Origin: Corallochytrium limacisporum Hawaii
Taxonomy: Eukaryota > Protista > Pluriformea
Assembly (NCBI GenBank): GCA_002811645.1
Contig: PDIP01000032.1
Location: 136,429-200,428, forward strand
DNA length: 64,000 nt
Reading direction: 5' to 3'
A model generated the notes under the pieces. It had not been told where the DNA came from and made no database searches. It saw only the letters and a program-made list of their open reading frames with translations. Below, one piece after another: positions 11,955-24,080 of the stretch (the first letter of the stretch is position 1; each line of letters starts with the position of its first letter). The translations under genes and the position numbers were made by a program.

Positions 11955-13328
11955 CTACTTCTTAATGGTGGCACTGGACATCCTCCGCTTCAGATTTGTA
12001 ATTGCCCGTCGTAGGAACGGTGACGAATGTTTGGCTCCAATTTCGCTTGCCTCCTCTTCAGACATGACCTTACGTGCCTTGTCCAGGTTTGGCTTCGAAA
12101 GACGTACTGTACCAAACAGACGCTCTGGCAGCTCCACAGCCTGTTCTCCCTGGATGACAAACCCCAAGTCAATGCTTAACTGCTTTGAGTAGTTCCGCAT
12201 GACTCCGACGATCATGTTGGCAACCTGTGAACTGAATACATCGCAGTCAATCTCAAAATACTGTTGTCCGCGGAAATAGCGGTGTTTCAGCTTGGTTCCC
12301 AGCAGCGCCGGTTTGTTGCCCACCGCCCGCTTGACGACCCACGGTGCATCCACCAGGGAAGGAATGACCTTAAAGCGGCTGTCACGGTAACTATCATCGC
12401 CGTCAATGAAATGCTCCCAAAGCAGTTGGAAGGCCTTGTCATTCTCAATATCTTCCGTGCTGTGTAGGACCCAGGTACAGATCAGGTGGTGTGGTGGGCT
12501 CTGAAAGTTGATGGCCAGGTAGAACGACTTGGATCCCTTCGACAAAGCCTTCTGTACGTAGCTCTCAGGATGAGCACACCAATTATCTACCCGTTCTTCC
12601 TTGTTGATCATGTCACAATTTTGCAGCCTCAGGAGAGGTGGTTTGGACATGATCTTGACCTTGTCCTTCAGGTAGGTTGGGGAACGTACTTTCATTTCGA
12701 CCTCAGGTTCGCACCAACTGTGCTTGGAACCGGTTGGGGGACCTTTCGGGAAGGGCAGCTCTTCATCAGGTACCCATTCCCACTCTTCTGCAGATTCCTG
12801 CTCGCGGACGAATTTTTCTCCCTGCTCTCGCGCACGTCGACGAATCCAACGGCGCCGGCGCACAAAGTCAGTGAGGCCTGCCTCACTAATACTCTTACCT
12901 TTCAGTTTCCGCTTTACGAGCTGCGTGAAATCGCTTGCGTAGCTCCAACCTTCTTCATCGCAATTGGTATACTCCTTGTCGAGGTGCCATTCCTCAACCC
13001 ATTCCCACCCTTCGAACAGCTCCTTGTCTGTGCTGCCGGGATGGTACGGTACAGGAAACCCACGGTCGTCGGACCAGTGCGGCCGGTTCGCTGTGTTGGG
13101 GGACCAGCCCTTCAGTGGAATAGCACGCTCGTTCTCGTACACAATTTCCCAGATTGTCTCGTTTCCCGTTGTGTCATCAATGAAGGCCGTTCCCCCTTCG
13201 ACCTCACCCACGACTTCAACGGACTCGGCAACCACGGGCTTACCGTTTGTTGCCTCCTCTGGGGCCTCCTCTGGGGCCTCCTCAGCGGGGATCGCGTGGG
13301 AGTCAACCTTTGTGGTCTTTTTCCCCAT
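11955..13328 (-). CDS. DysF (Pex24/dysferlin-type) domain + EDR2 C-terminal (DUF1336) domain protein
   Basis: First ATG at 13328 (ORF-track start is TTG). YENER...GWEWVEEW...CDEEGWSYA...DFVRRRRWIRRR is DysF. VRSPTYLKDKVK...RFKVIP...PWVVKRAVGNKPALLG...YFEIDCDV...ELPERLFGTVRL is EDR2_C. Confidence 0.85.
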   Translation of the reverse strand: MGKKTTKVDSHAIPAEEAPEEAPEEATNGKPVVAESVEVVGEVEGGTAFIDDTTGNETIWEIVYENERAIPLKGWSPNTANRPHWSDDRGFPVPYHPGSTDKELFEGWEWVEEWHLDKEYTNCDEEGWSYASDFTQLVKRKLKGKSISEAGLTDFVRRRRWIRRRAREQGEKFVREQESAEEWEWVPDEELPFPKGPPTGSKHSWCEPEVEMKVRSPTYLKDKVKIMSKPPLLRLQNCDMINKEERVDNWCAHPESYVQKALSKGSKSFYLAINFQSPPHHLICTWVLHSTEDIENDKAFQLLWEHFIDGDDSYRDSRFKVIPSLVDAPWVVKRAVGNKPALLGTKLKHRYFRGQQYFEIDCDVFSSQVANMIVGVMRNYSKQLSIDLGFVIQGEQAVELPERLFGTVRLSKPNLDKARKVMSEEEASEIGAKHSSPFLRRAITNLKRRMSSATIKK

Positions 13329-13990
13329 TGCTATGTATTCTCTATGGTATGTGTATGTGGATCCCAATAAAAATGAATGATAATACGCTAATAATCGTTG
13401 CTAGCTCTACGGAGCTATGGCTCGCAGCGTGGGATATCCACCCATTCGCATGATCTACAGCACATTAATAGCTTCTCACATGGTGGGTTTTGGAGCCGAT
13501 TCTGAATTTCTGTTATCCCTGCCAAGGAAAATAACATTTTGGACGGCATTGTCATGGAATTAGCAAGGATGCAATGAGGACCGACGCAGATAAATGAAAC
13601 AAATCGTTCCAACCTCCCGTGTTCTCGAGAGCCGGTCCCCCTTCACCTCCCTCCCACTCGCATTATCGACGGTTGCGGGGGGAGAGACATAGCGGGAGTG
13701 CAAAAAATCACAAGCAAAAAAAGACAGCTACCATCTGGATTTCCCACACATTGACTATGAGATCACAGGAGTCATGTTTTGTGGTACTGGTAGAGAGGAA
13801 TGTGGGGGTGAGGTGGTGGGAGGAGGAGTGTGAGGGTTCCACTCCGTCTAGGGTGAGAGGATTGGCACCGTCGCGCTTTTCCTTGCAAGCCCCGGGGCAC
13901 ACAGCTGGCCCAGTATCTCGGTGCCTGTGCCCCGGGACACCCCCAACCCCCGCACAGTTTGCCAGCACCAGCGTAGAACATTGTTCCAAG

Positions 13991-14015
13991 CTCTCTCTCT
14001 CTCTCTCTCTCTCTC
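13991..14015. repeat. (CT)12 microsatellite
   Basis: Read directly from the sequence. Confidence 0.9.
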
Positions 14016-14346
14016 CCTTGCGCAGTAAACAAGGGGACGCAGGATGACAAGGTTCTCCCTCAGGAGTTTTTAGGGAATTTTGTTTAAAAGTTCATTGTTT
14101 CCATTGTCCGCCATGCAGAACAGGGCATAGGCAGGCCACAAACTCCGGAACGCTGGCCGTTTCGGTGAGACCGTGGCGGAGGCGTCGCGAATTGGGGGCG
14201 ACTGGAGAGTCCGCGCGAGAAAAAGTGTCCCCCGCGTTTGGACGCAACAGTCTCCTACCATCGTCGTATGCGAATTAAAGCTTGGGAGCTACCATACATA
14301 AAATATGCGCCCGTCTTGGGCCATGCGTTGGGGGGGGGAGTGAGAT

Positions 14347-14550
14347 NNNNNNNNNNNNNNNNNNNNNNNNNNNNNNNNNNNNNNNNNNNNNNNNNNNNNN
14401 NNNNNNNNNNNNNNNNNNNNNNNNNNNNNNNNNNNNNNNNNNNNNNNNNNNNNNNNNNNNNNNNNNNNNNNNNNNNNNNNNNNNNNNNNNNNNNNNNNNN
14501 NNNNNNNNNNNNNNNNNNNNNNNNNNNNNNNNNNNNNNNNNNNNNNNNNN
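14347..14550. other. Assembly gap bordered by G runs
   Basis: N run. G9-AGTGAGAT occurs on both sides (14330-14346 and 14612-14628). Confidence 0.99.
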
Positions 14551-15996
14551 GGGGGGGGAGGAAGAGAACGGGATTACGGAAGCACAAAAGCGGGGAGCGG
14601 GAAAGAGAGAAGGGGGGGGGAGTGAGATGGGGGACCTCTCCCTCCATTAAGGAGTCTTTCTGAAGAAACGTGGAGGCCTTGCTCACCACCGCGGAGAGGG
14701 GGGGGGAACGGGTATCCGTACTGCCAGGGATACCCAGCGTCGCCTGTTGACCACATTCCCTCTTCCTTCGGGGGCCCCTTCGATTTGCATTGTTTCGCAT
14801 CGGCGGGGATCATTTGTGCCTGAACGAATAAAGCCAGTGTACGAGCACCCTAATCGTCGTTGAAAACAATTTTTTTCTTTTCCTGGATTGCTATCCCCTA
14901 TCAGTCCGTGGTATGTTCCACTGCGACGCACTGACGACGATGTTGTTTCACTGTATTCTCTCTTGGGTTATATCGTGGATCACCCAGCCTGATTAGCTAT
15001 CTTTGTCGGCCGACTAAGAGACAAAATCTGCCGCCCTGCTTCTCGCTCTTCCTTTCGATGATCCGGGGATGGATGCCTCCTTTGTGATTGTTCCGCCGGC
15101 CGTATCCTGCCCCCATCGCCTGGACTGGAGAAGGAACGCGAGTGACTGTGTGCGATGGCCCGTTAGGGACACAAACATGGGTAATACCTACCTACCTTTT
15201 TTTAACCCCCAACATTGGAAACTCAAGTAGAATGTCACCAGAAAAGAATATCTTCTTTTTGACGTACTTGCGCTCTGTGCCTCCTGCAACCGCTCTGAAC
15301 TGCTTCGCCGGGGGTGGGGGGAGAGCGGAGTCAGGTATATAAATCGGCTCCCCCGTTGGTACGCGAACGTCTCCAGGAACCATGCACGCACGGCGCGGGC
15401 CCGGAAGCTAGAGAGCGAGCAGAGGAAAGACGAGCAGGGGATCAGATCCCCCGGGACCTTTTGTGCTCTCCTTCTTTCAGTGTTTACGCATTTGCTAGGC
15501 AGCAGCGCGACTGCCTGCTCTCTCGCATATTTATCAGAACTCGTGGACCTTTTAGTCGGATGTCTTTTCTCTCCCTGAGTCACTCCTGCACCACTGTTGC
15601 TGCGCGCAGCCATGATGATGATAAAATCGGGAATGATATAAAGGAGAACGTTAAAAAGTACAAATAGTGGGAACTGCTTGTCCGTTCACCACCACGGGGG
15701 GGGGGTCCACGAGAAGGGGAGGGGAAGCGCCGTAGTGACACGCTGTGCGATGAAACTTCTGCCGTGTATTCATCAGAAGAAACAGACCATGATGCCAATC
15801 GATACAAAGTTAGAAACAGCGGTAACGCTCTCTTTTGGGCAAGAAGTTATCGCGAAGTCATTATACGTCTCAATTGCTAGACTTTGGACGGTGCCTCAGC
15901 CGAGGGATGGGCGTGGATTTATTTTGTTGACTTTGCCTAACTAAAAGTTACAATGATATGGATATGTGGTTGTCTGACGACTAAGCATGCAATACC

Positions 15997-18900
15997 TTAG
16001 GCATCGACCATCTCGCAAATGAGATCATTGGCCTGCAGTTCATCGCCTTGTTCCACAGAAACCTTGGTGATGGAACCCTTGAATGGAGCAGTAACCACAG
16101 TCTCCATCTTCATGGCACTCAAGATGGCCAGAGGATCGCCCTTGCCGAGCTTATCACCGACCTTCACCTTCACGCTCAGCACGGAGCCAGGCATGGGGGC
16201 ACCGATTGATCCCTTGTTGCCCTTATCGGCCTGTTCGCGGTTACCGAGGTGGGCACCAGCTGTCTTGTCCATGATATGAATGCTACGGGGCTGACCATTG
16301 ACCTCAAAGTACAGCTCCCGCTGGCCGCGAGCGTCAACATCACCGATGGCCTTCAGAGTGATATGCAGAGTCTTACCCTTCTGGATCTCAATCTCAATCT
16401 CCTGGTGCCGCGTCATACCCTTGAAAAAGGTGGCAGTGTCCACCTTGGACACATCACCGTACTCCTTGCGGAAGGCGATGTACTCGTCGGTTACCGCCGG
16501 GTACAGAGCATAGTTGAGAGCATCCGTCTCCCAGATAGTCTTGTTGTAGTAGTTGGCGAAGTGGTCTTCCTTGATCTTCTTCTTGATGGCATCAAAGTCC
16601 ACAGGGGGGAGGTCGGCACCCGGCCGGCCACTGTAGACAGTGCGACTGCCCACAACCGTCTCCGCCAGGGCCTGCGGGAACCCGTTTGGCGGTTGACCAA
16701 TCAGTCCCTGGAAGAATTCAATCACAGAATTGGGGAAGTTCAAACTGGCTGCCCTGTCGTTAAGCTGCTCCACCGTTTCAATCTTGTTTTGCACCATAAA
16801 CTGAGCGAGGTCGCCGACAATCTTCGAAGAAGGAGTCACTTTGACCAGGTCACCGAGCGCAATGTTCGCAACAGCGTATGCCTTCTTGATCTGGTTCCAC
16901 TCGTGTAGGAGACCCAAAGAGAACGCCTGGAACTGGAGGTTGGTATACTGACCGCCAGGAATCTCGTGTTCGTAAACGTCGGAAGAACCGCTCTTCATGG
17001 ACTGGGTGCACTCGAATGGAGCGTAGAGACGGCGAACACCTTCGAAATAGTTGGAGATGTTGGTCAGATGCTCTGAGTCGAGACCAGTGTCGTAGCCTTC
17101 GGCCTTCAGCAGGGCGTTCAGCGCACCAATGGAAGGCTGGGAGGTCATGCCGGACATGGAATCGACGGCAGCATCGACGGCATCGGCACCGGACTGAATG
17201 CAAGCGACCATGGAGGCTACACCAGCACCGGCAGTATCATGAGTGTGGACATGGATCGGAATCTCTGGGAACTCCTCACGGAGAGCACCCACCAGCAGTC
17301 GAGCACCATTCGGCTTCAGTAGACCGGCCATGTCTTTGATACACAACACATGAGCGCCACCGCTGACCAATTTACGAGCAAAGTCCAGGTAGTAGTCCAG
17401 CGTGTACACGGAGCCCTTGCGAGGATTGGCAACATCGCCAGTGTAACAGATGGCGGCCTCGACGATACCACCAGCCTGGTTAACGGCATCCATTCCGACT
17501 TGGATGTTGGGGTAGTAGTTGAGGGAGTCAAACACACGGAAGACATCCATGCCGTGCTCCTTTGCTTCCTTGCAAAACTTGTAGACGACATTATCAGCGT
17601 AGTTGGTGTATCCGACAGCGTTGGCACCGCGCAGCAGCATGCTGAAAGGGACATTGGGGATGCGCTCACGAAGACGGATCAGACGATCCCAGGGATCCTC
17701 ACGGAGGAAGCGGAGAGCAACATCATAGGTGGCACCACCCCAGCATTCAAGGGCGTAGGCACCTCCCATGGTCTGGGCCATATACGGAGCAATGGTCAGC
17801 ATATCGGCGGTACGCATACGAGTGGCCAGAAGGGATTGGTGTGCATCACGGAGCGTGGTGTCCATCATGAGGGCCTGCCCGTTCTTACGACGATTGCGGA
17901 CTTCCTTGGCAAAGGCCTCGGGTCCGTCTTGAAGGAAAATGTCACGCAAACCTTCCGGGCGCTTGGTTGAGGGCACAATTGGCACGTCAACCTTGACATC
18001 ACCAATCACGGCGTCCGGAACACCCAAGGGCATCATGGGCCCGTTTACAGTGGTCTCACCAATGAAGTGAAGAAGGCGCTGGGCGCGGTTCTGGCTCATC
18101 TGGTCGTCGGTAGGGCGCGTGAGGTCAGGGTGGGTTCCGATAAAATCTGTGGTGACAGCACCATCCACGAAATCCGGATGGTTCAACACATTGTAGATGA
18201 AGGGAATGTTGGTCTTCACGCCACGGATGCGGAATTCGGACAGAGCACGGCTCAGCTTGCGGCAAGCCTCTTGGTGGGTCTTACCACGGGAGATGACCTT
18301 TACCAGCAGAGAATCGTAGAAAGGAGTAATGATGGAACCCGAGAACCCGGAACCGGCGTCGAGACGGATACCCATGCCCTCACCGGCGCGGTAGTGGCTG
18401 ATGCGGCCAGTGTCTGGGCGGAAGTCTTGCGAGGGATCTTCCGTGGTCACACGGGCCTGGATGGCATTCCCGCGGCACTCGATGGTGTCCTGAGACAGAC
18501 CGAGCTCGCTCAGACTCTTGCCAGATGCCACACCAATCTGTGTCTGCACCAAATCCACTCCAGTAACTTCTTCGGTCACGGTGTGTTCGACCTGCAGACG
18601 GGCATTAACTTCAATGAAGTAGTAGTTACCGTTCTTGTCCAGCAAGTATTCCACAGTACCCGCATTATAGTATCCGGCGTGCTGGGCCAGCTTGACCGCA
18701 TCCTTGAGCATGCTCTCACGCACCACGGGGTCCAAATCCATAGCCGGCGCCAGTTCAATGACCTTTTGGTGACGACGCTGCACACTACAGTCACGCTCGT
18801 AGAGGTGAACAACGTTGCCGTACTCATCACCCATGACCTGCACCTCAATATGACGCGGCTTCTCGATAAACTTTTCAATAAACACAGAACCGTTGCCAAA

Positions 18901-19620
18901 GGCAGCGAGGGCCTCAGAGGTGGCACGTTCAAAGGCGTCAGCGTACTCGGACTCGCTGTTAACAATGCGCATACCACGACCACCGCCGCCGTAGGCAGCC
19001 TTCAGAATGACGGGGAATCCAGCTTCCTGGCAGAACTTCAGGCCACTGGCAGCATTAGTGATAGCTTCCGGGGTACCGGGAACGGTCTGTACCCCGGCAG
19101 CTTCAGCAATCTTACGGGCCTCGGTCTTGTCTCCCATCTTAAAAATGGCATCCGGTGAAGGACCGATGAACTTAATACCGGCTTTCGTACATTCACGGGC
19201 AAAGTCGCTACGCTCAGATAGGAAGCCATATCCGGGATGAATGGCATCGACATCGTTTGCGGCAGCGAGTGCGACAATTTCCTTGATGTTCAGGTAGGCT
19301 TCGACGGGTGCGAGACCCTGACCAACCATGTAGGCCTCATCAGCCTTCTGGCGGTGCATGCTGCGAGAGTCTTCCTTGGAGTAGATGGCAACCGTACGGA
19401 TGCCCATTTCAGTGGCGGCGCGCATCACACGGATGGCAATCTCACCACGGTTGGCAATCATGATCTTCTTGATTTCGCGAGGGCTTCCCGCGAGGTCTTC
19501 GGCTTTCCCGCTAATGTAACGCCTGCTTGTGGAGTTGCACAGTGTTGGCCGAAGTGCGCGAACAGCAACACCCGGCCAGACACCTGGTCTGGCACGGAAC
19601 AATACAGCAGCAGAAGCCAT
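15997..19620 (-). CDS. PC: Pyruvate carboxylase, probable mitochondrial precursor
   Basis: First ATG at 19620. ANRGEIA, GGGGRGMR, ERDCSVQRRHQK, RDAHQSLLATR, HTHDT and biotin-attachment AMKM motifs. Arg/Ala/Ser-rich presequence lacking acidic residues. Confidence 0.98.
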   Translation of the reverse strand: MASAAVLFRARPGVWPGVAVRALRPTLCNSTSRRYISGKAEDLAGSPREIKKIMIANRGEIAIRVMRAATEMGIRTVAIYSKEDSRSMHRQKADEAYMVGQGLAPVEAYLNIKEIVALAAANDVDAIHPGYGFLSERSDFARECTKAGIKFIGPSPDAIFKMGDKTEARKIAEAAGVQTVPGTPEAITNAASGLKFCQEAGFPVILKAAYGGGGRGMRIVNSESEYADAFERATSEALAAFGNGSVFIEKFIEKPRHIEVQVMGDEYGNVVHLYERDCSVQRRHQKVIELAPAMDLDPVVRESMLKDAVKLAQHAGYYNAGTVEYLLDKNGNYYFIEVNARLQVEHTVTEEVTGVDLVQTQIGVASGKSLSELGLSQDTIECRGNAIQARVTTEDPSQDFRPDTGRISHYRAGEGMGIRLDAGSGFSGSIITPFYDSLLVKVISRGKTHQEACRKLSRALSEFRIRGVKTNIPFIYNVLNHPDFVDGAVTTDFIGTHPDLTRPTDDQMSQNRAQRLLHFIGETTVNGPMMPLGVPDAVIGDVKVDVPIVPSTKRPEGLRDIFLQDGPEAFAKEVRNRRKNGQALMMDTTLRDAHQSLLATRMRTADMLTIAPYMAQTMGGAYALECWGGATYDVALRFLREDPWDRLIRLRERIPNVPFSMLLRGANAVGYTNYADNVVYKFCKEAKEHGMDVFRVFDSLNYYPNIQVGMDAVNQAGGIVEAAICYTGDVANPRKGSVYTLDYYLDFARKLVSGGAHVLCIKDMAGLLKPNGARLLVGALREEFPEIPIHVHTHDTAGAGVASMVACIQSGADAVDAAVDSMSGMTSQPSIGALNALLKAEGYDTGLDSEHLTNISNYFEGVRRLYAPFECTQSMKSGSSDVYEHEIPGGQYTNLQFQAFSLGLLHEWNQIKKAYAVANIALGDLVKVTPSSKIVGDLAQFMVQNKIETVEQLNDRAASLNFPNSVIEFFQGLIGQPPNGFPQALAETVVGSRTVYSGRPGADLPPVDFDAIKKKIKEDHFANYYNKTIWETDALNYALYPAVTDEYIAFRKEYGDVSKVDTATFFKGMTRHQEIEIEIQKGKTLHITLKAIGDVDARGQRELYFEVNGQPRSIHIMDKTAGAHLGNREQADKGNKGSIGAPMPGSVLSVKVKVGDKLGKGDPLAILSAMKMETVVTAPFKGSITKVSVEQGDELQANDLICEMVDA

Positions 19621-22600
19621 TGTTTGCGGTGATAAACAACGGAACCTTCTACCTACTGTATGATATTGTTGTGATGAGATCAATGATCATCGCACTAGCG
19701 GGTCATGCTGCGATGTGTTATGTACCACTACTTCTGGGTAAGATGAAAACCGCAGAGAAGAGGCCGTGGACTCTGGTCACAGACGGCGGATCGTGCAAAA
19801 GAGTCCCCGATTCGAAGCCATAGTAGAATATACACGTCCGTCCATATCATCTGTACGGCCCAGGAACCCCTTTCTGCAATATGTGAAGAGAAGAAGGGGG
19901 GGCCAATTAGGCACTGCTGATGATGCGATTCGCGATCTCAGGGCGCAATATTGAAACGGCGGCCCACTGTTCGGTTCAAACTGTTTTGCCAACAAACCAT
20001 TGGTCCGAGATTTCGAAACGCACCTCATCAGCACGCTTGCAGGCTGGCTGTAGCCCGTTTCGCTCCGCTCATTCTCGGAGAGAGATGGAGAGCGACGATA
20101 GCCAACACCAGAAGTTTGGTCATTCAAAACCTGAACCCAGGGGCATCAATAGCGGCAAGAGAACCCCTTTTTATGAATGCAGTCCTGTCCCCAACATCAA
20201 CACAGAGTCATACTGCACGCCGCGTTTGCAACCGACACATCAACACCGCCACCAAGAACCTGTCATCGAGTCTACAGACATGCATCAAACTGACATCCAC
20301 AACTCATCAATTCCTCCTTCACTAATCTTCGTTATCTCTTGTCTTTTGGCGAAGATGCTCGCGAGGTGGCCAATTTCCCCGTGGTTTTCCTTTCAGGATC
20401 GATGACGTTCGGTGTGTCGTTGTTTTGATTTTGGGTTCCACTCGTGGACCTGCCACAACGGACTTAGTATGTGTCCCTCATGTCCCAGAGAAATGGAAGT
20501 GGACGAAGGGCTCGATTACTCAGTGTAAGCACGCGATGTTGTTTTCTGACCGCCATTCGAACTCAGCGAGTTCTGACTACGACAATGCAAATTCTCTGCG
20601 TGAAGGTCTGTCACGACATTGCGAATTCTTTGTATTAAAGTCTGCCACAGTTCGTTTGTTTTGGTTTCCCTTCGCCTGGGTCCCGAAGTTATGCCTTCGA
20701 ACGTAGAATTTTTCGCAGCGAATCCCCCAGAACAAAAAAAAAAACCAGAACTCGTAACCTGTTGCGCTACTTCAGCAGTTCCAGCGGGGAAGCGGGCTAA
20801 TTTTGTCCATGAGAAAAGTCAGTATTTCTACCGCTGCCGACATACCTACGACACTGACACCAGCCCACCCAAATATTATAAAGGGGAAGAGACGGAAGAA
20901 TTCTTGAAGTGTCGGTGTTCGAATATTGCAGAGTTGTTCTAATTTCTAAATGCAAAATAAAGGAGTCATAAATGCCACGGGACATGTGGCTCTCGCAGTG
21001 CTGCAGGCATGAATATGTCCCTTGCAGCTCCGCCCGTCCCCACAGCAGCAGGAGGGAGGACCCTGTGGGTGTATCAGAGAGGCGATCGTTATTGACAAGT
21101 CACACGAAGAGGTGAACTTGTAGTCGGATAGGCCCGCCTCCCTGATGAGCATTGTTGTTCCTTTTCACTGTGTACCGCAGCGATTGAAATTCGACCAGTG
21201 GGACGGCATTTTGTGGACGTATGTCTATGAAGTCCGAGTTTGCCAGGGGTTTGGACCACCCTGGTGACACTCAGGAACTTCGCCCCCTGCTGAATACAAC
21301 AATACATGCTTTGTTTTCCTATTCCCTCCCCAGCGGAGCGGGGCCCCTATATTTTCTCATGTCAAACATTTCTGGTGGGCTCGGTGGGTGCTGTTTGCTG
21401 CAGAGGCTGGGCATCAGTCCTTGATCCCAGAAGTTGAAAACACGGTCTGGACTACGGATGTTGGTAGCCAGAGAAAAGTGGCTATGTGGCACACTGGGGG
21501 AGACACACGTATTTTCGGGTCTATCTAGTGTGCGGAGGCCGGGATCCACGGGCCCTTTGTTCTCATAGTTCCCGCTAAGAGAACCATCACGCGGCTATCG
21601 CCTACCCCTTGGGGTCATAAGGGCGACCACAGGGACTGAAAATACACATGATTTGACGATTTTTGTGGAACTGGCTTTAGAAATTTTGTTGTTTCAATTG
21701 GAAATGCCGTATTGCGGTGGGGAGACTGAACTGGTGAGAAGTGTTCTCACCAGTTGACTCGAAGCTGTTTACTTCGTCGTGCCTAAGGAGCTAGGAACCA
21801 GAACTCCCCTCGCTCGAAATAAACACCGACACGTAATATGTGTGCAACGAACGACGAGGGATCAAAGAGGTATCCCTGATCATGGGTATGGATGCGCTCC
21901 AAAGGAGCAACGAGAGGAGGGATGGACTTATTAGGCATCGAACATGCGCACATTTTGTTTTCTTGCTTGTTAGAATTTTGCTGGTGATATCCATACCGGC
22001 ACAGTAAGCACGGTACGGGGCATACCATACTATGGTAGGGTGATCTGTAACTATCGACGCAGTGGATGATGATGGCAGATCAAAGGTGGAGAGAGTTAAC
22101 CCCCCCCCCGGGGGGACCTCATCGAGGACGGTGGTGAGTCTCGGGGTGCGTGGCGCAAGCGAAAGAGCTCCATCCGCCCCCTCGCAATATTGAGAACCCA
22201 GTCCCTGAGCTCCTACTTTTCTTCTCTCAATAGCCCAAGTATGGTAAGTTTATTTTTGGGGTACCTCTCGAAGGGGGCGGGCAGGGAAGAGAGGGAGTGA
22301 GGGTTCATTAAATAGGCCCCCGTTTAGGCAGCTGGCGACCGCGTAGCCCGTTTGTACGGTATACTTCCGGACATTTATGAACCTCGATCCGTCTCACGTT
22401 TGCCCGTCCGAACGGGCTGAATCCAAAACTTTTCTGAGGGTCTCTTGAAGCCGGTGCTCCGGAGAGTCGCCTGCGGAAACACGAACCCCGGCAGGCAGGC
22501 CTTCAGAGATTTCTTGTGCGCAAGGCGAATTAAGGAGGGCAGGCCTTGGGAGGGGCAGGCTCAGGGAAGCGACTTCTACACCTGTTTGGGACCCGAACGA

Positions 22601-22680
22601 AGTCTGCTTCCGCTTACGTGTTTTAGGAAGACTTACCTGAAGCATTCGATCAGAAATGCATTTAGGGCAGGTATTGACGC

Positions 22681-23990
22681 ATGAGCGTAGCAACGGGAAA
22701 TGTATCCACAGCGGTATTCCTCAGAAGCAAGCCCATGGGAGACCTGAGCGAGGTTCCGAATCTAGGTACGCTTGCCGCTCAGTTTGGTAGTAATCTCACT
22801 CTCTCACAGACATCATTCAGCAGTAAGGACTTGATAACCGTTGGTGATGCTTTCACTGACGAGGATTGTGTTACCATCGCAGCAATTATCGAAGAAAATC
22901 GGATGGCCGCCTGCAAGGCCCGATCGCGACCCCGAAACAAAGATTCTTCATGAGCTGCAAAACTTTCCGAACGGGCCTTGATTATGGCTTTAAAAGCACT
23001 GAAGTACGCAAAGATGCTTGATCTCATTCTTGAAAGGAGTAAGTTTCTCGTACACTATCCCGATCTGTCAAATGATTAGAATTGGCTTCATGGGATGCTC
23101 TTCCCTGCAATCGTTTCCAGTGCGGTGACGACGGCGTCCGTGAAGAGCTAAATCCCAACGGTCGCTGTAAACAATTCTCTGTGGCCATACAGGAGCACCG
23201 AGTAAAACTTGCAGTAGCTCTAGCCAAGTCTCGGGTGGCATGGCAGGCGTCAACTATTCAGGATGTGCTGCCTGATGAGTATCAAAACAAGGAGTGCACT
23301 GGTGAGAAACAGTGGAGGTACATCTTGCTAGCGAATCCAATTCCACGAGCGCGCCTTCAAGAGACATTCGAGGCTGATGCGGGTACGTACGTGCCCTGGG
23401 ACGAGTATCAGACCAATGGAGCGCAGTTGCGATCCTGGACAATCGATCCACTGGATTCCCGTTGTCTGGCACTCACTCCCGACCTGGGTCCTGAAATTGA
23501 AACTCTGTCGGTCAACGAATTGACAGTAGCGATACTCGGCGATCGGGACGTGTCTCTGGCGCTTCACGCCCTGCTCAGTCCCCTGCCAGACGGCATGGAT
23601 GGCACTTTTCAAAACGTGCTAATTTATGACGTAGGCAATGGTTCCATCCTTCCCGTGGGCAAGCTTCCTAATCTCAAGTACGCTGTTTACCTCAGCAACT
23701 CTCTGCATAAGGGGGAGACAGAACCAATTGTTCAGATGGTGTTGTCATCATCCGAAAATACGCTTGCACTGCGACCTGTCCTGCCTGGTGTTGATTTTGG
23801 ACAGGAAGACATCACGCAGAATGCACCCCATGTGCCTTGTTCGCCCATAAGCAATGGTTTCTACCTCGCTGATTTCATACCAAAACCTACTGCAGTCTCC
23901 ATCAAAGTGCCACCGTCCACCAAGAAGTTCAGAAAGAAAAAGTCAAAGGTAACGTCCAAGTCGATGGTCAACCTGCAATGGCGATGGTAA
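22681..23990 (+). pseudogene. NSUN7: NSUN7-like putative RNA m5C methyltransferase, disrupted (TGA 22951-22953, TAG 23077-23079, frameshift near 23104-23108)
   Basis: Read through the lesions: FTDEDCVTIAAIIEENR...S*AAKLSERALIMALKALKYAKMLDLILERSKFLVHYPDLSND*NWLHGMLF/[shift]NRFQ...HRVKLAVALAKSRVAWQASTIQDVLPDEYQNKE...GDRDVSLALHAL. This is colinear with remembered NSUN7 motifs (FPDSVYVMAANIFQGIR; YELAFSALKYQDILETIL; VMLYDFQDRKFQ; KIKLAAALARCRIKHDALSIYHILPE; QDKSRSLAVHSV). Pseudogene status is not proven. Confidence 0.75.
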
Positions 23991-24080
23991 TGTGATCAAA
24001 CACCATGAAGCACTTGTTGTCACTGAAGTAGTCTTAGGAAATAAATGTCTATGCTGAAACACTTCGCCTACATCCAAAGC

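Noticed and set aside
22631-22640. ACTTACCTG resembling the U1 snRNA 5' end
   Set aside because: No following U1 stem-loops or Sm site recognisable.
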